Part shown: positions 34,136-44,495 of the stretch, one piece after another | Layout of the letters: each line of letters begins with the position of its first letter | Position numbering within the stretch: position 1 is the first letter of the stretch | From: an uncultured virus (IMG/VR IMGVR_UViG_3300037504_000331) | Lineage: Duplodnaviria > Heunggongvirae > Uroviricota > Caudoviricetes | Reading direction: 5' to 3' (one strand) | IMG/VR virus record: IMGVR_UViG_3300037504_000331 | Length of the DNA stretch: 64,000 nucleotides | Translations under genes and position numbers: made by a program | Notes under the pieces: generated by a model | What the model was told of the DNA's origin: nothing | Databases searched by the model: none | What the model saw: only the letters and a program-made list of their open reading frames with translations

Positions 34136-37100
34136 ATGGCATCCTTGGCAGTAGCAGCCGCGGGCGCGGCCGTCGGTGCAGCGGCCGGTGCCGCCGTCGG
34201 CGGTACGGTGCTCGGCGTCTCCGCCATTCTGTTCGGCGCTCAGCTAGGCTTTGTTATCGGCTCTCTCGTTGGGAACTTGTTCTTCGGTCCAGAGGTGCCG
34301 GATCAGAAGGGGCCGCGGATCAATGACGTGAACGTGTCAACGAGCACGTATGGGCGCGTTATCCCCATCCCCTACGGCTCCTGCACGGTCGGCGGCAACA
34401 TGATCTGGCTGGGTCAGATCATCGAGCGCAAGAACTCCCGAGAGGTCGGCGGCAAGGGTTTCGGCGGTGGCGGGGCGACCCAGACCACGTTCGAGTATTT
34501 CGGCAATTTCGCAGCGGCGTTCTGTGAAGGTCCTATCCAGAGCATCCGTCGAATCTGGGCCGACAATCGACTGGTGGTTGATCTGACGGAGAACAACAAC
34601 GGTCAGTCCTACGCCTACGACGCAGGCAACTACACGATCTACCTGGGGACAGAGGATCAGCAGCCGGATTCCCTGATCGAAGCAGACCTTGGCGTCGGCA
34701 ACGTGCCGGCGTATCGAGGAACTGCATACGTTGTCTTCAACGAGCTGCCGCTGAAGGATTTTGGCAACCGTATTCCAAACATCGAAGCGGAAGTAGTGGC
34801 GGCTGCGAATCCAGCTTGGGATCAGACCTATGGGATCGGCGATCTCACGTCTCAAAACATCAATGCGGGCACCATCTATATGGACCCGCAGCAGCCGATC
34901 CTCTGGCATTGCGACGGTTTCCCAGCTCTTGAATCTGTTAACTTCCAGAAGATCGAGCGGTTTGGGAACAATCTTATTCAGTCTAAGAACATAGCCGATA
35001 TTGGTCCCGATAAGAGTGATTACATTCTAAATGGATTTGGGGTCTTCATAGAGGATACAGGATCGGATTTTGTTGTCCGACGTGATGGCAACCTGAATAA
35101 TTTTGACTTTAGCGATGGGTGGTCTGGTAGGACTTCTGCTCCGATTGTTGATCCTTTTTATGATCTAATCTATATCTGGGCATGTCCAAATACTCTTTTT
35201 GAGAGACCTTTCGTACTAGAGTTGGATAAAGACTTCAACTTTACAGGGTATGCTTGGGGTGGTCTTGACCAAAGATTCCCCGATGATGCCTTTGGTCATG
35301 TGGTCTACAACGTCGACGCCTTGAAGCGATTTATCGTAGTTGGGTTTCAGGACCCAGCGACTACTACTGCGTCTGGTGATTCCGGAGGTGCCTGTTACAT
35401 CCTCGATGCTGGATTGGGTCTTGATGGACCAACTTACAATGTCGAACGTCCGGTGAGCGCTTTCCTGAGCGGTCCTGAGCCTGTGAACGACTACGGCATG
35501 AACCTCGGTCTCGCTATGGTGACGCCGCCTATGGGTGATCTGGCGCCTGGGGGACCTAGTGATCGCATTGTCTATAACATTGCTTATGATCCAGATGGTA
35601 AGAAAATCTGGGTCCTCACTGCTCGAACTGATACTGCTGCAACCGGCGCCACTATTGCAGAGTTCAACACGGAAACAGAAGAGTGGTCTTTCGTTGCTCT
35701 AGAAGGTAACACCGGAGGTAACACAGGATTTAAGAAAGTCCTGAACATTTTTGATGCGGTTGATAACAGTTCCGGCGGCGGGGCTGGTATCACTTATGAC
35801 ACCAACACAGGCCACCTTATTTTGATCGGCGAAAATGACCTATCTTCGACAGATTACTTCCGAATTAACCCGGAAAACTATACCGTGGAAGCATCGGCTG
35901 ACCGATACACAGATAATCGCCCTAAAGGTACATGGGGGCGATCTGAAAACATTTCCAATCCTCAAGTACCAGGATCGTTCTGGATAACTGATTTCGATTC
36001 AGTTGAAAATGCAAACGTGACTGCGCTTATAGAGACTACAAACTTCCAAGTCCTCGAAAAGCGGGTGCATGATAACAGTTTTGCCGGCGGAGGGGCCACT
36101 GCGGTAGGTGGAAGCAATACGCCTATCGTGGATCGTCGGACAACGAGCCTGTGGTTCTTCGAGTCGGGCGTCACGGGCGAACCTGACGGTCTGGTTCGCG
36201 CCAAGTTCTTCGACGATGACGCAGGGACAAGCGTGGCCGACATTATCCGAGACCTCGCTACGCGAATCGGCCAGACCTCGGCTGACATCGACGTGAGCGA
36301 GCTGACGGGTGACACCGTCGCCGGCTATGTCATCGCCTCGGAGAGTACGGCTCGCGGTGCGGTAGAGCCCTTGAAGCTCGTGGCCGCCATGGATGCGGTC
36401 GAGAGCGACTGGATCATCAAGTTCCTGAAGATCGACCGCAGCTCTGTGGCAACGGTCGCCTGGGATGACCTTGGCGCCGAAGTCGGGAACAAGTCGGCCG
36501 ACGTGCGTCTGCGCGAACCGCGGACTCAGGAGAAGGACCTGCCTATCGAAGTGAGCATCACAGCGATGCTTCAGACGCGCGAGTACCTGCCCAGCACGCA
36601 GACGGCTCGGCGTTGGCAGGACCAAGGCGCGGGTGACAGCGAGGGTAAGAACGACATCCAGATTCCGGTCATCTTCCAGTCGGATGCCGACATCAAGAAG
36701 ATCGCGGATCGCATCTTGTTCGCGCAGTGGTCGCGTCGCCAGAACCAGGAGTTCCGGACAGGGCCGAAGTTCTTGGACATCGACCCCATGGACGTTGTGA
36801 CCATCGAGAAGCGTGGAAGCGGCGTCGTGGCAGACATCCCATCCCAGGTCACGGAGATGGAGATTGCGCCCGGCGGAGCTATCTCGTTCACGGGGCGTGT
36901 CTCGGAACCGTTCCTGTTCACCGAGGCGGCCGTTGAAGAGAGCATCCCGGTTCCGACCGAGGAACTTTCCGGTGTGGGAATCCCAGTCGATTCGCCTACG
37001 CTGGGCTACTTCTGGGACGCTCCGCCGATCACGTCCATCAACACGAACGGATCGCCTGTATGGGGCGCAGCGCCGCTCCTAGGGCAGTCGAACTACCAAT

Positions 37101-38449
37101 GGAGTGGCGCGAGCCTCAAGCGGTCCTCTGATGGCTCTGTGGGGAGTTACCAGGACGTTGCCTCCACGGATGTCGAGCTGCCAGCGTTCAAGCTGCGTGA
37201 GGTGTTCCCGGCCGCGGACCCAGTCGAAGATAATTGGAACGCCTTCAACGGGGGTTTGAGCGTACAGGTCGAGATGGTGGCCGGTAACATCGACCCGACA
37301 AGCGCGAGTCGGATTGATGTGCTCAACGGCGCGAACATCGCGGTCATCGGTAGCGAGGTGATCCAGTACATCGACGTGACCAACGACGGCGATGGCCTAT
37401 TCACGCTCTCCAACATCCTTCGCGGTCGCTTTGGCACCGAGACCGAGATGGTCGAGCGTCGAATCGGTACGAAGGGCTTTCTGGTGAGCGACGCTCCCGG
37501 AGCGTTCGTTCCGTTCGCCTCTGAGGTTTCTCGGGGTCAGACCAACTTCTACAAGAGCGTGACCTTCGGCCTCTTCGAGGACAACGCGGCGGCCGAGACG
37601 TTCGTCCACACTGCCCGTGGTCTCAAGCCGTTGTCGCCAACTGGGCTCGCGGCGACCGTGGACGGCAGCGGCAACAAGACGATCACCTGGATCAGGCGCA
37701 CTCGCTTCAACGGAGAGTGGGCTAACGGCACCGGTCGAGTTCCTCTCAACGAAGTTTCCAAGGAGTACGAAGTCGACCTACATAAAGCTGGAAGCATAGT
37801 CCGATCCTTCACGGAGATTGAAACGGAATCTCTACTCTACGAAAAGGCAGACTACGATGCTGACTTCCCGGCTTCTGAGACTTTCGGAGCTGACGACGGA
37901 GACCTTTTCTTAAATCTGGATTTTGAAGAAGGCGACCTATCTCTCTGGATAGACCCGAGCGATGATTTCGAGATCAGGTCTAGCGACGGCGCCATTTCGG
38001 CTATTCAAGGGTCGTTTTTTGCGCTAAACGACAATGGCAGTTCGACTTCTCTATCAAGTCTCTCGCGCGAGATTGACGTGACTGAGTTGTCTATCGCTGG
38101 CAACGGGGCGGCCTCGTTCGACGTACAGGTGGGTACTACCAGCAATTTCTTGAGCCCACCCTACCAGCTCAGGATAGAATGCCTGGACCGGAACGGTAAC
38201 GTGCTACGAGCCGCGGAGACGGCCGCCACTAACGCTAGCGGCGGTACGTGGATTGATGTAAGCTCGCCCACGGTAAACGTACCAGAGGACACCACGAAGC
38301 TGCGAATCGTGCTCAGCAGCGAGCGCAACGTGGGCTTTGATGACGTAAGGATCAGCGTGACTCGCAGCAGCACTGGGAAGGTAGCCGCAGAGGTCTATCA
38401 GATCAGTGACGCGGTCGGCCGCGGACAGCCAAGAAAGAGGGTTGTATAG
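34136..38449 (+). CDS. central tail tip/fiber protein (GTA megatron-like)
   Basis: 1437 aa; PAYRG.AY, FGNRIPN, RGRFGTE, W.RRTR, YQISD.VGRG. Confidence 0.85.
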   Translation: MASLAVAAAGAAVGAAAGAAVGGTVLGVSAILFGAQLGFVIGSLVGNLFFGPEVPDQKGPRINDVNVSTSTYGRVIPIPYGSCTVGGNMIWLGQIIERKNSREVGGKGFGGGGATQTTFEYFGNFAAAFCEGPIQSIRRIWADNRLVVDLTENNNGQSYAYDAGNYTIYLGTEDQQPDSLIEADLGVGNVPAYRGTAYVVFNELPLKDFGNRIPNIEAEVVAAANPAWDQTYGIGDLTSQNINAGTIYMDPQQPILWHCDGFPALESVNFQKIERFGNNLIQSKNIADIGPDKSDYILNGFGVFIEDTGSDFVVRRDGNLNNFDFSDGWSGRTSAPIVDPFYDLIYIWACPNTLFERPFVLELDKDFNFTGYAWGGLDQRFPDDAFGHVVYNVDALKRFIVVGFQDPATTTASGDSGGACYILDAGLGLDGPTYNVERPVSAFLSGPEPVNDYGMNLGLAMVTPPMGDLAPGGPSDRIVYNIAYDPDGKKIWVLTARTDTAATGATIAEFNTETEEWSFVALEGNTGGNTGFKKVLNIFDAVDNSSGGGAGITYDTNTGHLILIGENDLSSTDYFRINPENYTVEASADRYTDNRPKGTWGRSENISNPQVPGSFWITDFDSVENANVTALIETTNFQVLEKRVHDNSFAGGGATAVGGSNTPIVDRRTTSLWFFESGVTGEPDGLVRAKFFDDDAGTSVADIIRDLATRIGQTSADIDVSELTGDTVAGYVIASESTARGAVEPLKLVAAMDAVESDWIIKFLKIDRSSVATVAWDDLGAEVGNKSADVRLREPRTQEKDLPIEVSITAMLQTREYLPSTQTARRWQDQGAGDSEGKNDIQIPVIFQSDADIKKIADRILFAQWSRRQNQEFRTGPKFLDIDPMDVVTIEKRGSGVVADIPSQVTEMEIAPGGAISFTGRVSEPFLFTEAAVEESIPVPTEELSGVGIPVDSPTLGYFWDAPPITSINTNGSPVWGAAPLLGQSNYQWSGASLKRSSDGSVGSYQDVASTDVELPAFKLREVFPAADPVEDNWNAFNGGLSVQVEMVAGNIDPTSASRIDVLNGANIAVIGSEVIQYIDVTNDGDGLFTLSNILRGRFGTETEMVERRIGTKGFLVSDAPGAFVPFASEVSRGQTNFYKSVTFGLFEDNAAAETFVHTARGLKPLSPTGLAATVDGSGNKTITWIRRTRFNGEWANGTGRVPLNEVSKEYEVDLHKAGSIVRSFTEIETESLLYEKADYDADFPASETFGADDGDLFLNLDFEEGDLSLWIDPSDDFEIRSSDGAISAIQGSFFALNDNGSSTSLSSLSREIDVTELSIAGNGAASFDVQVGTTSNFLSPPYQLRIECLDRNGNVLRAAETAATNASGGTWIDVSSPTVNVPEDTTKLRIVLSSERNVGFDDVRISVTRSSTGKVAAEVYQISDAVGRGQPRKRVV

Positions 38450-40993
38450 ATGGCGAATAGCCCGTACACAGGCGTCGAGCACATCGAACCGAACCAAGCG
38501 CAGAAGGAGGTCACGGCCAACAACGGTTTTGACCGCCTATCGCGTTTCGTCGCTGAAACAACTTCGATCACAATCTCCGGAGATCGGCTACTCACCGAGC
38601 AGGAGTTTCAAGAAGCCGTGCGCTTTGATCTAGGCGGAACGCCGGGGTCTGGATTCCTGTTCGAGGTGCCGAGCACGGTGAAGAAAATCTTCATCGTGAA
38701 CAACCAGACTGATGCCGATGCTACGGTACAAGTCACAGGCGGCGGAGGCGCCTCTGTCGTTGTCGGAGTGGGTGACGAAACCCTGCTCTACTCCGATGAT
38801 ACAGACATCACGGTGATTGGCGGCGGAGGTGCTGATGTCGGCAAGGCGTTGGTAAGCTCGAATGATACCACGCTAGACTACCTCATAAACAAGCTGGTGG
38901 CCGGTAGCAATATCACCCTCACTGAGAACAACGATGGCGGCAACGAGACACTTACCATTACCTCCACGGCCAGCGGCGGCGGCGGCAGTAGCGGTGCTGG
39001 GGGTGTACTGAATTGGTCTGAACTTGCGCTGGTGAACGGCGGCTTTGAAGACGCCACGGATTTGGCTGGATGGACTGTCAACGGCTCCGCCACGGCTACC
39101 GGGACTGGTGCCGGAACGGGTTTTGTCGACATCTCGGCTATCGAAGGCAGCCAATTCCTGAAGCACGCGACTAGCGACAGTTCTGACTTTTGGGTCGAAC
39201 AGGAGGTAGCCTGCGATGCACCGAACGGCGGGCTTGTTCTACTTACCCTGGCGGTTGCGGAAGCTGGTGCTACGGGTGATACTCCGTTCGCTTACATGGA
39301 AGCTCGTGATGCTGCCGGAGGCACAAATCTCGCTGACACTGGAAACATCGAGTTCCCTGGATTCGGAGAGGACGTTTGGGCCTGGGTCCACTACTGGTTC
39401 GAACTGCCTTCTGGTACGTCTCACCTTCTAATCCGTGTAGGTGGCCTTTTTGTCACCGGCTCTATCACCAATGTGGCCATTGATGACGTGAATGCCTACT
39501 TATTCGCGACGCCTCCGGGGTTTCAAGGTGCTGTGGCCTCCAAGACTTCGGCCGAGTCTCTTTCGGGTTCCAACTCCTCGAATATCTTGAGCTGGGATTC
39601 TGAAGACTACGATGAAGGTGGTTGGCACGACAACGTGACGAACAATAGTCGTCTCACAGTTCCGTCGGATGTCACCAGAGTTCGAGTAGGTTTTCATCTG
39701 GATTTTGATACACCGGGTAGCGGCGCTATCCAAGCCTTCATTCAGAAAAACGGCAGCACAGGTTCCCCGGGACTTGGTGGCAGCTCCGTTACAGCCTATT
39801 CAGGGTCGGAGTTGCTTTCTTACATCTCACCGGTGCTTGAAGTTACTGCCGGAGACTACTTCGAGGTTGAGGTTCTCGTGGATGATTCTGGCGGGGGTCA
39901 GATTGATGCTACGAGTGGGACTCGTTTCTTCATCGAGGCGGTCCCTGACACCTCTGGCGGAAGCGGCAGCGGCGTCTCCTTGTTTGAGGACCTTACGGAT
40001 ACTCCGAACTCGTACACCGGAGAGGCAGGTCGTGGTCTAGCTGTCACCAGTGGTGAGGACGGGCTAGAGTTCGTTGATCTCGTCACGAACTACGATGAGC
40101 TGTCAGACGTGAACCTGTCTGGCCTTACCAATGGGGATGTGCCTCAGTGGAACGGGACCGCTTGGGTGAACCTACCGCTGTTGGCAGCTAGCCGACCGGT
40201 GAATCAGCCTTGGAAGGGTGCTTTCGCCACACTCACTGCGGACGACAATAATCTCACCTTTCCTTATATAGTTCCGTGGGATCAAGCCAGCATCGACACG
40301 GATAGTTTCTGGGATTCTGGAAGTCCTGAGCGGTTCACAATCCCTTCAGGTGTCACCAAAGTCCGTCTCAGGACCCGTATTGAGATGGGGGCTGAGGCGT
40401 CCGATGCTGGCATCTTTTTGGGCTTCAGAAAGAATGGTTCCACTTTTGACCTTAGCGGTGACATTAACTGGGTCCGATCTACTGGTGGCTTCAATAATAA
40501 CATCGCTTATGCAGAGTCCAGTGTACTTGAAGTGACCTCTGGCGACTACTTTGAGGTCAGGGTGAATCCTGATGGGTTCACACAGGATGATATTCTGCAA
40601 GGAGAGAGTTATTTTGAGCTAGAAGTATTGGAGACATCTGATGCTGAAGCTCCTCCGTACGAGTTCAAGTCCTTCACACAAGGTCTACCGGGAGCTTCGG
40701 AGCTGGTCTATCAGGAGGTGATCGCTCGCCCGGTCACGCTGCCCTCTGGCCTCACCGACTCTCAAGGCTATGCGGGTACGGCGCCGGCCGATGGCGCGAA
40801 GGATTTTGACGTACAGAAGAATGGTTCTTCCGTAGGAACCGTGAGCTTCGCGAACGGATCGAACACGGCCACCTTCACGATGGCATCGGCTACCCAATTC
40901 GCTGCTGGTGATAGGCTTGCCTTGGTGGCGCCCGGAACTCAGGACAGCGCCATGGCCGATGTGTCCATCACCCTTGCAGGCACGAGGGACTAA
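38450..40993 (+). CDS. tail fiber / receptor-binding protein
   Basis: QAQKEVT.N N-terminus; CBM-like NGGFE...W; two C1q-like repeats (LEVT.GDYFEV). Confidence 0.75.
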   Translation: MANSPYTGVEHIEPNQAQKEVTANNGFDRLSRFVAETTSITISGDRLLTEQEFQEAVRFDLGGTPGSGFLFEVPSTVKKIFIVNNQTDADATVQVTGGGGASVVVGVGDETLLYSDDTDITVIGGGGADVGKALVSSNDTTLDYLINKLVAGSNITLTENNDGGNETLTITSTASGGGGSSGAGGVLNWSELALVNGGFEDATDLAGWTVNGSATATGTGAGTGFVDISAIEGSQFLKHATSDSSDFWVEQEVACDAPNGGLVLLTLAVAEAGATGDTPFAYMEARDAAGGTNLADTGNIEFPGFGEDVWAWVHYWFELPSGTSHLLIRVGGLFVTGSITNVAIDDVNAYLFATPPGFQGAVASKTSAESLSGSNSSNILSWDSEDYDEGGWHDNVTNNSRLTVPSDVTRVRVGFHLDFDTPGSGAIQAFIQKNGSTGSPGLGGSSVTAYSGSELLSYISPVLEVTAGDYFEVEVLVDDSGGGQIDATSGTRFFIEAVPDTSGGSGSGVSLFEDLTDTPNSYTGEAGRGLAVTSGEDGLEFVDLVTNYDELSDVNLSGLTNGDVPQWNGTAWVNLPLLAASRPVNQPWKGAFATLTADDNNLTFPYIVPWDQASIDTDSFWDSGSPERFTIPSGVTKVRLRTRIEMGAEASDAGIFLGFRKNGSTFDLSGDINWVRSTGGFNNNIAYAESSVLEVTSGDYFEVRVNPDGFTQDDILQGESYFELEVLETSDAEAPPYEFKSFTQGLPGASELVYQEVIARPVTLPSGLTDSQGYAGTAPADGAKDFDVQKNGSSVGTVSFANGSNTATFTMASATQFAAGDRLALVAPGTQDSAMADVSITLAGTRD

Positions 40994-40996
40994 CTC

Positions 40997-42799
40997 ATGA
41001 ACAGGTACGAAGTCGTCAAGAAGGCAGAGGTCTCCAAAGAGGCTTTCCTGAACGAGCTACGCGGATACGGTGTTCTTGTACGGGACCTCTCTGCTCTCAA
41101 AAACCATTTCCGGATCGACACTGATCTGGACCTAGAAGAAGTGATCTCTATGCCGTGCGTGAAGACGGCTAGCCGGTCGGATTCTATCGTTCGCGGTGCT
41201 CGCTCAGTTACGCACGATGGCGACTTTTTCGCCTCGACAAACGGAAACTGGGGCCTTGCTAGAACTCTACTCCGCACAAACCCATGGCAGCGTCTCGGAA
41301 AAATGTTCAAGGCCCCGGAATGGCCTAAGACAGTTACACTGCCTGCTGAGAGCCGAAACGGACGTGACGTGGATGTTTACGTCGTGGACAGCGGATTCAA
41401 CTATCCACAAGATGAGCTTCCTGGAAGGGTCACTATCGTTTCAAACGAAATAAGTGGTAAAGATAATGCTGATGATGAGTTCGGCCACGGAACTCCAATA
41501 GCTAGCATGATAGCTGGTATAAATTTCGGGGTAGCTCCTAGAGTTTCGATAAGAGTTGTACGTGTTTTAGATGAGCAAAACTTGGGCAGTGCTAATGATA
41601 TTATTAACGGGCTTGATACTGTTCTGTCTCAATTTAACATGAGAAATAGATATGCGATAGTGAATTTGTCCATAAGCAGTACAAGTACCGCTCTAAAAGA
41701 AGCCGCGGAAGAATTGGCTAATTCCGGCATAGTAGTATGCTCGTCTGCTGGAAATGATGACGTTAACTTAGACGTAGACCTCCAAGCGAACGAGGTAGCT
41801 CTAGCTTTTGGCACAATAACTTGCGGAGCTTTAACCTATAGGGACACGAGGGCAGACTTTACGAACTACGGCTCTGTAATAGATATATTCGGTCCTGGTA
41901 AAAACTGCGTAGGATCGGACCTTGGAAATACAACAGACACCTTCTCTGGAACATCCTTCGCTGCGCCGCATGTCTGTGGAGTAGCTGCACGTTTGGCGGA
42001 AGGGCGCTTAAAACCATTTGGTTATAGCGGGGCTGCCGACGTTATCGGTGAGGTTCTTCTGAACGCCTCAACTAAAAAGATGCGTAAGTGGCGGTCAGAT
42101 ACTACAGATAGAATTGTCTATGCTGATGAAAACCTACCTGCCGTTACGGAAGCGGACCCCTTTGTTGTGGGCGCAGGGAAAGACGTAGCGGGTACAACGG
42201 ATGTCACAAGTATAGACTTAGATTTCGATGCTGACACTCAAGCCAATGATCTGGTTCTTGCTTTTATAACCCATAGGGACACCCTTACTGTTCCTTCTGG
42301 ATGGAGTCTAGTAGTAAGTCAACAATGTTCTACAGTTAACACTTCAATAACGCAATATATGTCTGTTTATAGCAAAACATATCAATCCGGTGACGGTTCT
42401 TCTGTCACTTGGATTCAGGCTTCGTCGGAACGAATGCAAGGTGTCGTGGTTACAATAAGGGGAAGTTCGACTCCTGTGGTCAAATCTAACGCCACTGGGC
42501 AGTACGATGCTTCTTCAACTGATCCAGGTCTTCATCCGGTTCAACCTGTAACGGCTACTGCCGATAATCAGATAGCTTTTAGCGCGTCTTCATGCGTATT
42601 CGCTAATACTCTTGGAGCTACAACATACACAGTGCCTTCCATGGAGAACTCTGTGCTTAGGGACATCCAAGAGGACCTCCGAACTTCTGTGTCTTGGCAT
42701 CAGTTAGCGAACGGGGAGTCCACAAGCGGCAACCACTCTCATGGCAATAGTAGTACGCACGATGGCGCCGAGGTTAGCGTTCTGGTAGGTTTACCCTGA
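40997..42799 (+). CDS. subtilisin-like S8 serine protease with C-terminal beta-rich domain
   Basis: Triad motifs VYVVDSG, HGT, GTSFAAPHV; oxyanion SAGN. Confidence 0.88.
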   Translation: MNRYEVVKKAEVSKEAFLNELRGYGVLVRDLSALKNHFRIDTDLDLEEVISMPCVKTASRSDSIVRGARSVTHDGDFFASTNGNWGLARTLLRTNPWQRLGKMFKAPEWPKTVTLPAESRNGRDVDVYVVDSGFNYPQDELPGRVTIVSNEISGKDNADDEFGHGTPIASMIAGINFGVAPRVSIRVVRVLDEQNLGSANDIINGLDTVLSQFNMRNRYAIVNLSISSTSTALKEAAEELANSGIVVCSSAGNDDVNLDVDLQANEVALAFGTITCGALTYRDTRADFTNYGSVIDIFGPGKNCVGSDLGNTTDTFSGTSFAAPHVCGVAARLAEGRLKPFGYSGAADVIGEVLLNASTKKMRKWRSDTTDRIVYADENLPAVTEADPFVVGAGKDVAGTTDVTSIDLDFDADTQANDLVLAFITHRDTLTVPSGWSLVVSQQCSTVNTSITQYMSVYSKTYQSGDGSSVTWIQASSERMQGVVVTIRGSSTPVVKSNATGQYDASSTDPGLHPVQPVTATADNQIAFSASSCVFANTLGATTYTVPSMENSVLRDIQEDLRTSVSWHQLANGESTSGNHSHGNSSTHDGAEVSVLVGLP

Positions 42800-42819
42800 C
42801 CAAAGCAAGGATTCTTACG

Positions 42820-43053
42820 ATGAACCAGGACTGGACCAAACCTGGGAACTGGGCCCTGCGTCGCGGGTTCATGTTCTCCGTGTCGGCTTTCTGCATGGCC
42901 GTGATCGCCTATATCCTGTGGACCGGCCTGGACACCGAGCCCGCGGAGACGGCCGTCAGCATGGCGTTTGTGGTCCTCCTGGGTAACGTCGGCTCGTACG
43001 TGTTCGGGGCCTGCTGGGACGACAAGAACCGCTACGGTCAGAAGGACAGCTAA
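42820..43053 (+). CDS. putative holin (2 TM)
   Basis: 77 aa; two TMs; SYVFGA.WDD; starts the lysis cassette. Confidence 0.6.
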   Translation: MNQDWTKPGNWALRRGFMFSVSAFCMAVIAYILWTGLDTEPAETAVSMAFVVLLGNVGSYVFGACWDDKNRYGQKDS

Positions 43054-43054
43054 C

Positions 43055-43570
43055 ATGCTCGCGTCAGTTCCTTTCATCGGCGGGTTCTTGGGCAAGATCG
43101 GTCTCAAAGGCGTCCTGACCGGCTTGGCATTGGTCGGCGTTGTTGCTACAGTGGCGTTCGGCTACTGGCACTACACGAGCCTCCTGGACAAGGTGAGCGT
43201 GCTAGAGCGGAACGATCAGGTCCAGAAGCAGACCATCGAGACGCAGCACCAGACCATCGACGCGCAAGGCGAGGCGATCCAGGAGTGGGAAGAGGCCCAA
43301 GAGGAGCTACAGCGCCGGCTTGAGCGCCTACAGAGGGTCGCTCGGCAGGCTCGACAGGAGACGAGGCGGCTCAATGACATATTCGCGGAACACGATCTCG
43401 GCCGTCTCGCTCGCGAAAAGCCTGGGCTCATTGAGCGTCGTGTTAACGATGGCACTGCTGACGCTCTCCGCATGCTCGAATGCGCCTCGGGAGCTGATCT
43501 CCCGCAGTGTGGAGACCGAGGTCAACCGACCGCCGAAGGTGACAGCGCTCCCGAAGCCGGAACCGATTGA
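43055..43570 (+). CDS. i-spanin (Rz-like)
   Basis: N-terminal TM plus coiled coil; overlaps the lipoprotein ORF. Confidence 0.7.
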   Translation: MLASVPFIGGFLGKIGLKGVLTGLALVGVVATVAFGYWHYTSLLDKVSVLERNDQVQKQTIETQHQTIDAQGEAIQEWEEAQEELQRRLERLQRVARQARQETRRLNDIFAEHDLGRLAREKPGLIERRVNDGTADALRMLECASGADLPQCGDRGQPTAEGDSAPEAGTD

Positions 43571-43772
43571 AGCGCTGCCCGTTGAGTTCCAGGTCATCCG
43601 TCAGGGCGACGGTGCGCTGTTCTGTCTCACCCCACAGGGCTACGAGAACCTCTCCAAGACCCAAGCTGATACCCTACGCTGGGTCCAAGAGGCCAAGTGG
43701 CGCCTGGACTACTACGAACGTGAACTCCGCGATCAGCCCGCGGCCGATTCGGACCCCGAGGAGGCCAACTGA
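43374..43772 (+). CDS. o-spanin (Rz1-like lipoprotein)
   Basis: Lipobox LSAC; Pro-rich; overlaps the i-spanin in another frame; start uncertain. Confidence 0.65.
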   Translation: MTYSRNTISAVSLAKSLGSLSVVLTMALLTLSACSNAPRELISRSVETEVNRPPKVTALPKPEPIEALPVEFQVIRQGDGALFCLTPQGYENLSKTQADTLRWVQEAKWRLDYYERELRDQPAADSDPEEAN

Positions 43773-44104
43773 TGTCCGACGAGCAACTCAACCCGGCGAC
43801 CCGTCTAGCCATGCAAGAAGTCTCCGAGAAGGCCGCGGACAAGGCTGTACGAGACATGCTGATCCGTCTCGGGATCAACCCTGACGATCCCATCGAGGCG
43901 CAGAAGGACTTTGCCGCCATGCGGGAGTTCCGCGAGCTGATGCTGGACCAGGAGTGGCAGAAGGACCAGCTTCACCTTCGCCGCTGGCGCAAAGCCATGG
44001 ACACCATCGAGACGAAGGGCATCATGGCCGGGATGGGGTTCATGGTCATCGGCGTCGTCGGCTTCGTGGTCTACGGCGTCAAGGCGAAAATCTTTGGAGG
44101 GTGA
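43772..44104 (+). CDS. lysis-region membrane protein (C-terminal TM)
   Basis: GGAGG RBS; one TM. Confidence 0.65.
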   Translation: MSDEQLNPATRLAMQEVSEKAADKAVRDMLIRLGINPDDPIEAQKDFAAMREFRELMLDQEWQKDQLHLRRWRKAMDTIETKGIMAGMGFMVIGVVGFVVYGVKAKIFGG

Positions 44105-44108
44105 GACG

Positions 44109-44495
44109 ATGGGATACCGACTGAGTCAGCGGTCGCTTGACCGCATGGAGGGCGTGCATGGCGATCTACAGGATGTGGTCTGCAAGGCCATCCAGATCAC
44201 CAAGGTCGACTTCACGGTGCTTGAGGGCCTGCGCAGCGAGAGCCGGCAGGCTCAGCTCGTCGAGAGCGGCGCTTCGCAGACCATGAACTCGCGGCACCTC
44301 ACCGGCCATGCGGTCGACCTGGGTGCCTGGGTCGACGGCGAGGTGCGCTGGGACTGGCCGCTCTACCACAAGATCGCTGACGCGATGAAGGAGGCGGCCG
44401 AGGAGCTTGGCGTCGACCTCGAATGGGGCGGCGACTGGGAGAGCTTCAAGGACGGCCCGCACTTTCAGCTCTCCTGGTCGGAGTACCCGGCATGA
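44109..44495 (+). CDS. endolysin, peptidase M15 (L-Ala-D-Glu peptidase-like)
   Basis: EGLRS..RQ, SRHLTGHAVDL, WGGDW..FKDGPHFQL. Confidence 0.9.
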   Translation: MGYRLSQRSLDRMEGVHGDLQDVVCKAIQITKVDFTVLEGLRSESRQAQLVESGASQTMNSRHLTGHAVDLGAWVDGEVRWDWPLYHKIADAMKEAAEELGVDLEWGGDWESFKDGPHFQLSWSEYPA

